Shown here: in pieces, positions 25,551-38,071 of the stretch
How the letters are laid out: the number at the start of each line of letters is the position of its first letter
How positions within the stretch are numbered: position 1 is the first letter of the stretch
Assembly (NCBI GenBank): GCA_031763465.1
Contig: JARFOE010000192.1
Span: 5,666,041-5,715,701, forward strand
Length of the DNA stretch: 49,661 nucleotides
Direction: 5' to 3'
Source: Squatina squatina
Lineage: Eukaryota
Notes under the pieces: model-generated
Told to the model about the DNA's origin: nothing
Database searches by the model: none
Seen by the model: only the letters and a program-made list of their open reading frames with translations
Translations under genes and position numbers: made by a program

Positions 25551-25630
25551 CTCCAATGCATTAACTGTTAGTCAGACACTGACGTACAGATGCTTCCAAT
25601 GCATTGACTATTAGTCAGACGTTGACACAC
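25551..25630. repeat. Imperfect ~43-bp direct duplication
   Basis: tccaatgcatt(a/g)act(g/a)ttagtcagac occurs twice. Confidence 0.8.
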
Positions 25631-25819
25631 TAACCCACATGATTCTTTATATAATTATGTTTGGTGCACATGAAACAAATATTTCATTATTGACTTTTTT
25701 GTGCCTATGATCAGACACCTATTAAATCTGTCCACATGCAGAATGTTAGAGCGCTATAGAAATCCGATGAAACCAACTAAAGGACAATGTTGTTACAGTT
25801 TTGTTCTCATTGTTGATCG

Positions 25820-26376
25820 TTATAGAATGTATAAAACATTGGTTCGGTCACAACTGGAGTATTGTGTCCAATTCTGGACACCACACTTTAATAAGGATGT
25901 GAAGGCCTTAGAGAAGGTGCAGAAAGGATTTATAAGATGATTCCAGGAATGAGGGGCTTCAGTTCCGTTGATAGATTGTAGACGCAGGAGTTGTTCTCCT
26001 TGGAGCAGTGAAGTTTGAGAAGGGCTTTGATCGGGTTGTTCAAAATCACGTGGCATCCAGCCAGAGTCAATGGAGAGAAACCGTTCCTATATGCAGAAGG
26101 ATAGACAAGCGGAGGACTTAATTTGAGGTGATTGGCAAAAGAACCAAAGGCGATGTAAGAAAAAAACATTTATATGCAGTGAATGGTTGGGATCTGGAAT
26201 GCACTGTCTGAAAGGGTGGTAGAGGCAGACTCAATCACAGCTTTCAACACGGAGTTAGATAAGTATTGGAAGGAAAAGAAATACGAAGTTGCTACGGGGA
26301 AAGTGTAGTGGAGTGGGACTGGCTGAGAGTCGACACCGTCTCGTGCTGTAACCTTTCTATGATGCTATGATTCTAT
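25820..26376 (+). mobile_element. CR1 LINE 3' region
   Basis: [32 protein letters not shown]; ends in ttctatgatgctatgattctat. Confidence 0.9.
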
Positions 26377-26717
26377 AAATTTAATCTATGATTATGGGGA
26401 TGGATTCAGCATATCAACAAATTCAACTTTAAAGTTGTACAAAAATATCAATCTTCCAGTGATAATTCAGGTTGATTTGTTGTACTTGTTTTTTTGTAGT
26501 CGTGACATTGGCTTCAAACTTCTATCTTTTCAAAGGCGAATCCAATGTTAATTCTGCCCCCACTGATGTTGCCATGGACCAATCTCCAATAATGTACGAA
26601 GACCAACGTTGCCATTGAATTCAGGCATCTTTATAAAACACAAAACCTATCCTGGCTTTGAAAGAAACATTATTCCCTTCATAATTAAAAAATAGTTTCT
26701 GTTTTTGTTTCCCTCTA

Positions 26718-27050
26718 ATGGCTGTTGCTGGTTTCCCCGTTTACATCCTTTCTCGATTTAATGTGTTTCTTAATGAGCCCATTTCCAACTCAGATTGCCT
26801 TGCACCATCTCTTAATCTCTTCTGCCTTCCACCCTTCACATACCTTCCCTTTTGTTCTTTCCTCTCCTCCCCTTTTCCCTGCCCCTTCACTTGCTTAAAA
26901 AACCTGCGACATTCCTAACTGTTTCCCGTTCTGATGAAGGGTCATCGATCTGAAGCGTTAACTCTGCTTCTCTCTGCACAGATGCTGCCTGACCTGCTGA
27001 ATTTCTCCAGCTTTTTTTGTTTGTATTTCAGAATCCAACATCTGCAGTAT
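26718..27050 (+). mobile_element. Penelope-like element 3' region/pLTR
   Basis: Pyrimidine-rich tract, then ttctgatgaagggtcatcgatctgaagcgttaactctg...gatgctgcctgacctgctga...catctgcagtat. Confidence 0.75.
26927..26963 (+). ncRNA. Degenerate minimal hammerhead ribozyme motif
   Basis: GUU-CUGAUGA-AGGGUCAUCGAUCU-GAAG-CG-UU-AAC; the GAAA box is mutated to GAAG. Confidence 0.5.
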
Positions 27051-27284
27051 TATACTTTTATATAAATCCCTTCACCTTTACTCCTCGTCAGGAAATCATC
27101 TTGAGATGTACACACTACATTTAGAGCTTGGCTCCACATATAGCGGACAACTTGATAGCTTTGAATAACACATCTACCCGACAGACTTAAATTTCTAGTT
27201 AGTTCAGCTGATTGCTGACAGATTTTTAGCGTGGAACTTACATATAACATTTTCCTTCCATGCCAAAATAGTGGAGTTGGTGTT

Positions 27285-27525
27285 CATGTTCATGCTTCCG
27301 ATGGTGGGGAAGTCCAGAACCAGGGGTCACAGCCTAAGGATACGGGGTAAGCAGCTTGGACTGAGATGAGGAGACATTTCTTTATTCAGAGAGTGATGAA
27401 CCTGTGGAATTCTCTACCACAGAAGAGAGTTGAGGCCAAATCATTAAATATATTCAAGAAGAAGTGAGATATGGTTCTTATGGCTAAAGAGATCAAGGGA
27501 TATGGTGAGAAAGCAGAAACAGGTT
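27285..27525 (+). mobile_element. CR1 LINE 3' region
   Basis: gaagtccagaaccaggggtcacagcctaagga...cagagagtgatgaacctgtggaattctctacc. Confidence 0.85.
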
Positions 27526-28801
27526 NNNNNNNNNNNNNNNNNNNNNNNNNNNNNNNNNNNNNNNNNNNNNNNNNNNNNNNNNNNNNNNNNNNNNNNNNNN
27601 NNNNNNNNNNNNNNNNNNNNNNNNNGCTCAATATCAAGCTGCAGCAACAGCAGCAGCAGCCCCCCAGCTGACTGTGAGAATGATCAATCCAGTTCCAAAT
27701 AGGGTATAAAGAGGAGGAAACAGAGTAACAATCACTTTATCGTCTTACTGCCATTCTCTTCAGTAACATGCATTTAACTGAATTGTTTCATTTGCTGTAA
27801 ACAGTGCCACTAGGGAGCAGGCTGGACCAAGGCAGCTCCACATTGCTGAGATGAATCCAGAAGAGAAATCTCAGTTATTTTATTTGGGAATGTAATTAGT
27901 GAAATGCCGACAAAATTGCAGCATATTATAAGGAGACCAGCTAGCCAAGCTGCTGTTGTTTACACTGCCAAAATGTCATGTTAATTATGAAATGTATAAT
28001 GCTTCACCACTGAATAATAGCAAACACAGGGAACCCTTTGATTGAAAGAACTCAACAATATACAACTCATTGTTCTGTCAAACTCTTTTCAGGCTTATCA
28101 TGCTAATTACTCTCCACCCTGTCAAACCACTGTAGGTGTATCGAATTCTTGCAGAAATTATTATTTACATGCACAGTAACACCATCTATTAGCAAGTCAA
28201 GTTATAGATATGGAAAAAATATAGATCTAAATAAGGCTACATTCATCAACTCTGCAATGCCACTGAAGGAAACTCCCCTGCCCATTATGTAAATCAATTG
28301 TCATTTCACAAATGCCCTATATTGATGTAATGCTAAAGCACAGGACCCACCCACACCTTGGTAAAGTGATTTATTTTGCTTGAGTAAAGCTTCTGTTAAG
28401 TAGTTGGATATGGATTTCTGGCTTACATTGCTGAGGTATTTTTGTCCAGTATGATTGCTGAGCTGCTGAGAAAATGTAACGGTGCAATGCAATGTAAAAT
28501 GAAATGCAGAGTGTTGCTTTTTAATTTGAATTATTTGAGTAATTATTACAATATGCAAAGGTAACGGTTTAACAGTACTTCTCAATAACACATTAGTTGT
28601 ATTATATGTAAATGTTAAGAATAGCTCCCCTGTCAAAGAACACTCTGCATTAACAGTAAAACAAAACACCTTCAGACTGATCATGAATCACAAAACACCA
28701 CNNNNNNNNNNNNNNNNNNNNNNNNNNNNNNNNNNNNNNNNNNNNNNNNNNNNNNNNNNNNNNNNNNNNNNNNNNNNNNNNNNNNNNNNNNNNNNNNNNN
28801 N

Positions 28802-29025
28802 AACATTCTCTCTGTATCCACTCTAGCAAAACCTTTCATAATTTTAGAGACCTCTATTAGGTCACCCCTCAGCCTTCTCTTTTTAAGGGAAAAGAGACCC
28901 AGCCTGTTCATCCTTTCCTGATATGTACACCCTCGCATTTCTGGTATCATCCTTGTCAGTCTTCTCTGTGCCCTCTCCAGTGCCTCTGTATCCTTTTTAT
29001 AATTTGGCGACCAGAACAGCATACA
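28802..29025 (-). mobile_element. CR1 LINE ORF2 C-terminal fragment
   Basis: FWSPNYKKDTEALERAQRRLTRMIP...LGLFSLKKRRLRGDLIEVSKIMKG. Confidence 0.9.
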
Positions 29026-30384
29026 ATATACAAAAAGGTAACAGCAATGATATAAATCTGTTTATATCCAGTAGCACAAACAAATCCGAAACCAAAGACT
29101 AAACCAACGCGACACTAAGAGGTAGTCATTAACAAGTAATGCTGTTAGACAAAGAGAAAAGTGATGTTTCAGTGGACTGTAATTGACAGCAACTGCAACA
29201 ACACTATTCCAAGTGCTCGAATATGGGTTCCACAGAAACCTATTAGATATGACTAACTGCTTTGATGAACTGCAATTACAGAGCTTTGTGCTTTCGTTGA
29301 AGGGTCTGTGATGTGCAGCAATGACCCACTGGAAATTAAGGCATCCCATAATTTAAAAAAAAATAGGTACTTCTCACCACTCCCAAGATAATTCCAGCCC
29401 AATTCTCCTCAGTCACTCTACTGAACCTAGTCTCATGACATTTGGCTTTTATAGAGTGTTCACAAATCCAGTCTACAATAAGAGATATGTGATGGAAGGA
29501 TTGAATTCCATTCTGGAACTGTATATCTTTGTTTGTGTTTTGAATTTGTTACTGTTTTCAATAGCAAGTGAAAAACAATCCTAAATAATGAGTTTATTGA
29601 TTGTGAAATGAACTTTCCAAATCTCCACTAGATTCACTGCCAGTTCAAAAATAAAATCTAGCAGTCGTATGCAGGGAAGTATCGTCCCCTGTGAAAGGTT
29701 TTATCTTAAAATTTGAAATTCAGTAGTGCTTTCGTAAAGGCATTACCCAAAATGTTTGCGCCTTATTAGCGCCAAGACCTGGAGGCAAAATGATGTCGCA
29801 AAATTGTTTTTTTATAAAACAAGTTTTTAGGAGAGGNNNNNNNNNNNNNNNNNNNNNNNNNNNNNNNNNNNNNNNNNNNNNNNNNNNNNNNNNNNNNNNN
29901 NNNNNNNNNNNNNNNNNNNNNNNNNNNNNNNNNNNNGGCTTAATATAGCGTAACAGAAATAAGCAATTTTAGTAAAAATGAGAATGTATATACTATATAT
30001 ATCAGCCAGCAGAAAATTAACAAATGAAAGCCCCGAAGAGCAAATCTGCTTTTACCATTCTTTGCTGTAACTGTAACCAAGCCAGAATTTGGTAACAAAA
30101 GGGCTAAGCGTGTACAGCTATATCGCTACCAAGAGGATTACAAATAGAGATCATTGCTGCAGCATCTATAAAACAGTCTCCATCAATTCCAGATCTTAAA
30201 AATTGCTGTGTTGCTGTGCAATATGTTTCTTACTGTAAATACTGCAGTCAGTCCATTTATACATAACTATATATAATTTATCAAATTAACATGTAATCAG
30301 CACCCAGTGTCGTGGCACAAATTTAAAAAAAAATCTTTACTGCACTCTAACAATTGTAACATAAATAGTGGTCTGACTCGCACA

Positions 30385-30729
30385 GACATAGGAATACACA
30401 GGATATATGGCACAGAAATAAGCCATTCGGCCCAACCAGTCCATGCCGGCATTTATGTTCCACTCAAGCCTCCTCCCGTCTTTACTCATCTAACCCTGTC
30501 AGCATAATCTTCTATTCCCTTTTCCGTCATATGCTTATCTAGCTTCCCCTTAAATGCATCTATACTATTTGCCTGAACCACTCCCTGTGCTGGCGAGTTC
30601 CACATTCTTACCACTCTCTGGGTAAAGAAGTTTCTTCTGAATTTCCTATTTGATTTCTTGGTGACTATCTTATATTGATGGCCCCCTAGTTATGCTGTTC
30701 CCTACAAATGGAAACTTGTATTCATTCTA
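30385..30729 (-). mobile_element. CR1 LINE 3' end
   Basis: agccattcggccca...ttccacattcttaccactctctgggtaaagaagtttc. Confidence 0.8.
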
Positions 30730-32498
30730 NNNNNNNNNNNNNNNNNNNNNNNNNNNNNNNNNNNNNNNNNNNNNNNNNNNNNNNNNNNNNNNNNNNNNNN
30801 NNNNNNNNNNNNNNNNNNNNNNNNNNNNNTTTTGTCTACTGTGCATTACCTTCCAATTGTCTGCTCCTTTTCTCTCCTGATGCCTCTCGGTCAGACGCTC
30901 CCCTGTGGCCAAGAAGGCAGTTGAGCAATCGACTCCTTGGTTGCTGTCTGTGCTACTCTTGAGTCAGCCACTCAGAGCTGTGAGCCTAAAAGGTGTGACC
31001 AATTTATGCCCAATGGTTGGAAATGAGTTTTTCACTGAAACAAATGAAAGTGTGGTATCGGCAATCAATTTTTCAAAGTTTATTTGAAAAATGTATCAAG
31101 TCTATCAAGAAAAACACATCATTACACCAACGGTGATTAAACTCACCTACCCACAGTGCAAATGAAAAAGTGCAAAGAACATCTTAAAAGTATGTACAGC
31201 AGCTCGAATGTCATTATTTCAGTCCAGTTTCTAATCCATAAATACATGCCAATTAAACATATTTTACATAGTTGCACAGATTTGGACATGCCACAGGGAC
31301 CATGCTCGTGGTGGGATTGGAAAAAAAATCTGTGTTAAGTGGAATTTAAAAGGATGGGGAATATTAAAGAGAGAATGACAAAAGGTTGACCAAAATTCTC
31401 AAAGCCTTTGGAAATGCTCACAAACATCTCAACCCACTAGAAGCTTTTGCTATAAGGACTAAGGAATGATGGGCAAAAATTATTGTAAAGGAATCCTCGG
31501 GTACAGAGATGAGTCTGCAGACAAGTAACTAAGTAGCCCAATACATGACTCCCCCACCGCTCCCCCCCGCAACCCCATTTGATGACTACTGAAGTTAAGG
31601 TGGTGCTGCATGAGATAGTTGCAAGGAGGGCGGCCCTCTCTGCCACTCTATGACATTGTTCCCATAGGACAACACTGTAGCATGTTTGAAGGAGGCAAAG
31701 TCAAGTTTCAAGCTGCAGCGATTGTTATTACTCGCCCTATGCTACATGGAAACTGCAGCTGTCCTTCTAACAGATGGCAGAGATCTGCATCTGGCTCTCT
31801 GTCGACCTTATAAAGCCAGTTCGCCGCAGTCATTTGCAGGTAGTGTTCCACAGCCTGTTGATATGGATGGTGACATTTTGATGGGTGTGGCCAAACAGGT
31901 CACGGTGGCTTTTAATCACATCTGGCATGCCTTCTTTCAAACGGTGACACTGTGATTGGGGTGCTTCCGAGGGAACATCCAGCATTATGATTAGTCAGGC
32001 ACTCACAAATCTTAGTTGTGTCATTGAGCCTGCTGTTCCAGCTTCCTGTGGGAATAAGAGTTTCTGCTGTAATAATCATCTGCCAAAGTGAGCTATGTTC
32101 AACGCTGTCTGCAGATGAGACTGTGCGGTTACCAGCAGGTGAGAATAGAGCACAACTCATTCAGCCTAACTTGCCAGCCATTTCTCCATGAATCGTCCTT
32201 TCCTTCTTCCAAACATTTCAGACAGGTGGATTCTCATCGGGAAACCAACGACGCATTACTGGTCCAAAAAAATAGAACAATTGGCACAAAGGCTCATGAG
32301 AATATAAGTTTCAGCAGGAAAAAAAGAAAAGAAAAATCAGTTAAGTGGTTGAAATACGCATTACTGCCTCCCTTCCACGACTTTCTGTATACACATCATT
32401 ACCTACCAACTCTAAACAACCATTTCACACATTTGATTGTAATTTTAATTGGACATTCTGCACACCCAAATTTGAGCATCCACACTGCTAGTTTAATG

Positions 32499-32984
32499 GG
32501 CCGGATTTTGCGATAAGAACAACGGTGAGGCTAACAGCGCTCACCCGATATAACGGGGTAAACCGGACAGCAACTTCTGCCATCCACACATGCACAGTTA
32601 AACGCACCAATCTGGAAGTTGCTGGCAGAGATACCCTGCTCCTCAGGGTGCTCTGTTGCAGTCCTCGCCGACAGACTCAGCACTGGAAAAGACTGCAACG
32701 GCGTGAGCTTCCTGTATTTGCCCACAAGTTTCGCACTAAACATGGCTGGAACAGTTTGGGCTGGTGCATTCTGGGTAAGTGAGTTTTTAATGGTGTGATA
32801 AGTGATGCTTACTGCTGGATACACCTGTAATGTTACAAGTGTGGAGTCTCATTCCCTCAGAAGAANNNNNNNNNNNNNNNNNNNNNNNNNNNNNNNNNNN
32901 NNNNNNNNNNNNNNNNNNNNNNNNNNNNNNNNNNNNNNNNNNNNNNNNNNNNNNNNNNNNNNNNNCGACCGGAATTTCTGGGCC
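32499..32984 (+). mobile_element. Non-autonomous DNA-transposon-like repeat (same family as 7460-8162)
   Basis: Starts (g)ggccggattttgc with a subterminal hairpin ggtgag...ctcacc; aatttctgggcc terminus after the gap. Confidence 0.55.
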
Positions 32985-34974
32985 ATTTTATGACCTAAGT
33001 TGACGAAACGGCTGGATGTAATCATATCAAAACATCATAATGGGATTCAAAAGTGAATTTTACATAAACTGCTCTATATATGATACTGTTGTGGAATGTA
33101 GGGCTTTCAGATGGGGATTCATTGCATGCTTATAATCATTTAAAGCTTGCAGCTGTAATTTCAGTAAAATGGAATCTATTTAGAGATCTTTGAAGAAAAT
33201 ATTTTAATGCTGCCTTTATCAACAGGGATTATAACACAGGAACATTCAGAACTGAACCAACAAGCACACTAATCTCTGTTACTGTCTATTTATAGAGATG
33301 CAAATAGTTTCACCCAAATTCTATGTTGCCGTAGGCTGTGAGACATGCTTCCTAACTGCACCACAGAGCAATTTCTACAAGGACCAAGGAATATTTTGAT
33401 AGTGTTTTGCTCCAAGTGCCTGGACAATTGCTAGTAGTTTGATGAATGTTCTCATCTGCTGTTACAAGACCAAACTTCTTTTAAACAGTAGGCACATACT
33501 CTCCAAAGACTTCACCTGTAATACTTGGTAATGATCTGTGAAATTATTCTGGAGTCATCTTGCTTTTGGCATTCGCAAACAGATGGGATAGAAAGGATTA
33601 CTCTGACATCCTCCCTTCCTGTACAGAAAACGGATAAAGACTCATCAGCACCCGTTATTACATTACTATTCATAGACAAATTGCATCAGTTGAATATATA
33701 AAACCAATTATATTGAAGTGAATCCAAATCTTTTTTTATTCCTATTGTTTTGAGTAATGACATTCCACTCCCCGCACAGCAACTGAGCATGTTATTATCT
33801 GTCAAATAGTAAAGATCTTAAATTAGGTAAGAAGGTTGCAAATTTACAATGAACCTTTTTATGAAAAATACATCAACTCTTTTTGAATTCCTCACCTTTC
33901 CATCTCATTGTTGCATTAAATTTCTTTACTGAAAGGAAATGTTTCATTCCCTGAAGTGTTGATACCTCTCATTTTGTCAAATTTAATGTTCTTAGAAAAG
34001 CCCTTCCCTTAAGGATATCTTTAAACTAATTACATTTGCAAATAGGGAAATGTAGCAAGAAAGCACCATAAACCCCAAAGGGCACATAAAACAAATTAAT
34101 GCTTCCAACAACACATTAATACAGTTAATTCACATCCTTTTTATGAAAACATTTACATAAAGGGAACTTTTGCTTAGGCAGTAATTTATTCTCCACAGTC
34201 AGAGAACAACTGGTGGTTGACGGGAATATTTTCAATGATGTTTCCAGCAGGAAATCAAGAATAGAAAAACAAAGGTGGAATAGTGGAATCAATCAGTGAG
34301 TTGTTTTCACAAATCCTTAATGTGGCATAAATTTGAAAACATCACAAAAGGAAAACATCAACTGCATTGAGCGCAAGCAAGTTTCTTAAATGTTATTAAG
34401 CCATTTAAAAAATATGTAACATTTTCAACTTGAAAGGACTGAAAAGTTCTTGAAAGGGAGAAGGATCTGCATTGCCTTATACACCGCTGCAGAGGATGTG
34501 CCAAAGAGAAAAAATATAAGTAAACAAATAACAAACAAAGGTCATTTGACCCGTAAAATCGTTCCTTCCACAGACAAGGTGCAACATGAACTCTGTCCAA
34601 ATTGTTTAATCTCCTGGAAATTGCAAATAATTCCATTTTAAACTTTCAATACAACAAAATTCTGAGAAAATAGAAAATTCCAAGATATTAATCTAACATT
34701 GCAACCTTGATCAATTGAATTGTACAGAATCCAGGCCCATTGTCTCAACAGCACATATCTCAAGTTATGAACCTATCTCTGACAGCTGGCCACCATAAGT
34801 GAATAGTGAAGCTTGAATGTTTCTTATAGTTCTTTAGGACTTGGTCCATTGTGTGGAGTTAAAGCAAAATGAAATCAATACTATTAGCTAAAGTTCATCA
34901 GGTTACAAAAAAAATCAAATCAGAACAATATATGAGCATCTTTGTTTAAATTTATCCACATAAGCCTTATTCTA

Positions 34975-35294
34975 TGCATTTACATAGCACCTTTGACGTA
35001 GAATATTGTCCCAAGGTGTTTCACAGAGGGATAATCAGACAGAAAGGGAAATGAAGACATTAGGAGGGTCAGAGGTGGGTTTTCAGGAGGGTTTTAAAAG
35101 GAGAAGAGAGAAATGGAGAGGTTAAAGGAGGGAATCCTAAAGCATAGCACATTTATGGCTGATGGGGCATCTGCTAATGATGGGGCAAAGTTAGTGAAGG
35201 ATGTACAATTGAATGAATGGAGGACGTAAAAGCTCCAGCGGCACTATTCAAAGAAGAGCAGAGAGTTCTCCCTTTGTGTCCTTCACTTAACTAG
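34975..35294. mobile_element. L2 3' end (minus) abutting a Deu-SINE fragment (plus)
   Basis: gcatttacatagcacctttgacgtag...cccaaggtgtttcacag; then ggacgtaaaagctccagcggcactattcaaagaagagcagagagttctcc. Confidence 0.6.
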
Positions 35295-36588
35295 NNNNNN
35301 NNNNNNNNNNNNNNNNNNNNNNNNNNNNNNNNNNNNNNNNNNNNNNNNNNNNNNNNNNNNNNNNNNNNNNNNNNNNNNNNNNNNNNNNNNNNNNACCTCA
35401 TTCTTCCTACCAGATGTACCTTTCTTTCTGTTCAGTCAAAATTGGGATGTTGGCATATGAAGAATCACAAACCCAACCTTACATTTTATCACTCTGAATT
35501 AGTACACTGATGTGTTGTGGCATTGGACTAGCTCAATGTTATTCAATATTAATTAAAATACTTGAGTGATCTATCAACTGTGATTTAAAGCACCAGCCAT
35601 CAAATAACTTGCAGTAAAAAAACATATCACAGGCACATTTTCTGTGACCTCCCAATTGCAGCTAAGTGTCAGGTGCAAGTAAACAGTTTGAAAAACTCAA
35701 AGAAGAGAAGAATTGCCTTCTAAAAGGAAATTATTGCCACTCTTGTGAAGGAAAATGATTGAAAGAGCTTTATGTCATTTTGCCATGAAGAAACCATGAG
35801 ACAATTGGCACAATAATGTTCTTGTGATTCCTATGGTATTGCAAATGACAATATATTGATAAACAGAAGAGAAAATACTTTCGTAGCAACGTTATATGGG
35901 TGAACAACACGCCTGCAGCATATCAGAATAGATCAAGATTATTCGGAGCGTACTTATGGTCAAAATTTCCAAATAGATAAGCAATATACCTAGCATGAAA
36001 AATTGGACAGTCACATTGCAAAAATAAACCTTTGTTCTGGAATAATCAATTCCAAACAGTTACTAGATATTTCTGCTTCAGCTTTGAAATTTTGAGGGAC
36101 TAATTTGCTAATCTTGCATAAATGTAATTACAATTATTATAATCAAAAATAGTAACTAATATTAAAATAGTAATTATATAACATACCTCCATTTCCATCC
36201 TCCCCATACCCATCACGACATGCTCAAGGATAATTAGGATAGGATCAGTTCTCCCTGTGGAACAAAATAAAAGTTGGATAGCCTGCAGGAACTGAACTGA
36301 CTCACTTTTATTAGGTAGTAAACACATGGATAGCAACAGATAAAATGTGCAAAATGTAGCTTACTATTTTATACACTGGAGTCCTTTACAAGTTTATCCT
36401 TGAAAGTAAACACAAAAACTTTTACATTTGTGTAGTTCATGTAGCTGCATTCTAGCAATCAAATCAAAACACAGTTGTGTAATAGATTNNNNNNNNNNNN
36501 NNNNNNNNNNNNNNNNNNNNNNNNNNNNNNNNNNNNNNNNNNNNNNNNNNNNNNNNNNNNNNNNNNNNNNNNNNNNNNNNNNNNNNNN

Positions 36589-37971
36589 GAGTGGAAGCCC
36601 TTTCAATTGTGGAAGACCTGCAAGCCGCTTTCAACACCAGTAACCACAGCCATGATGGCAGCAGTTGTGCTTGCGTGACAGCAAGCTGAGCTTGCATGAC
36701 TTCAGTCTGAGCTTCCATTGCAGGACTCAGACGTTGGGTGGCTTCTGCTTGTGCTGGAATGGAAGTGGACACTTCGGCCATCAGATGCTGAATGATGGTT
36801 GGGTCCACAAGTGTGTTACTAGATCTTCCAAACCCTTCCATGCTGGAAAGGATGGGCTCCAAGCTCTACCCAATGCTCTGTGCAAGGCTATAGCTGCACT
36901 CGTCCATGCCACTTGACATTGCATTCAGGCTATCTGGCAGGCCTGCCAATGCACCAAGCATTTCTTTGTGTTTATCCATCAGATGTAGGCCACCCCATCT
37001 GAGTCCTGTGCAGCAGAACTCATGTGTGACCTCGCCCTCTAGGGAGTTGGCACCTGAGCTGCCCATTCCCCCTGTCCTGGCTGCACGCCACCTGTGCCCA
37101 ATGTTTCACCATGTGCAGATCCCGCCTCTAATCTATCCTCGAAAATATGCAGATTGTCAATATCTGAGCTGATGGCTGGGAGTGTGAAATCGAGTCTCAG
37201 TGTATCTTCTTCCTCTTCCCTCTCCTCTCCCTCTTCTTGTTCAACCTCTGTCTGGGCAGGCTGGATTTCTTGGGTATCTGAAATGAGAAAGGTACAAGGG
37301 TACGATTGTGGTGAGAGGAGGGTTGGAAAGCAAGAGGTGCATGCTTACACCATGTGCAGCTTGTAAATCAGAAGAGATTGTGGGGTAAGGGGTAAGGGGG
37401 AAGTGGGATGTGAGAAGGAGGATAACATTTGAAGACACCAGCATCTTGTATTCTTTCAGCCCCATCACTGGCCACGGGCTCAGTCATGCCCTTGCCAAGA
37501 ATGGCCAGCACAGTCTTCTCCATGGTCTTGGAGGCAAGCCTGTCCCCCAGCGGTTAAGGTCTGCAGGCGCTGGTTATGCTCCATCTTTTCCTGCAAGAGA
37601 AAGGGAAGTGTGTCTGTTAGTGTGGTGTAATGTGCTTGAGAGATGTGGCTGTCATGGTTGAATAACTGACTGTGTTCAAGCTGTGAGATGTGGGTGTGAG
37701 GCTTACAGCAGTAGTAAGTGTGTACGGATGAGGTGAAGCTGTGAATGTGAGGTGTGAGTCGTATTTGGTAGAGATTGCTGGTAGGTGAGTAATGGGGGTG
37801 TGTTGCATTGAGCAGTGTGTGAGGCTAGTGGTGCAGTTGGTAGAGAAGGCTTTTGATAATGCATTCACGGGCCTTGACCATTCGTCTGAGGTCATTAAAC
37901 TTCTTTGGGCACGGGAGGCAGGTCCTGGGGGCGACACTGCTGGCAGTGGTGGCCTCGGTGACCTGGTCCCA
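36589..37971 (-). mobile_element. PIF/Harbinger Myb/SANT-like (MSANTD/NAIF1-type) gene relic, copy 1, with introns
   Basis: 37971-37873 encodes WDQVTEATTASSVAPRTCLPCPKKFNDLRRMVK; next exon (after ttgcag) EKMEHNQRLQTLTAGGQ; then an acidic exon and an Ala/Gln-rich helical tail; contains stops and frameshifts. Confidence 0.75.
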
Positions 37972-38071
37972 NNNNNNNNNNNNNNNNNNNNNNNNNNNNN
38001 NNNNNNNNNNNNNNNNNNNNNNNNNNNNNNNNNNNNNNNNNNNNNNNNNNNNNNNNNNNNNNNNNNNNNNN

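Noticed and set aside
27650-27720. (CAG)n-like tract and nearby TATAAA
   Set aside because: Short microsatellite at a contig edge with no downstream gene evidence.
31619-32516. Cluster of 64-142 aa ORFs considered as a possible ZNF804B, TEX47 or STEAP4 exon
   Set aside because: No motif was recognised in the frames examined and there is no convincing splice structure.
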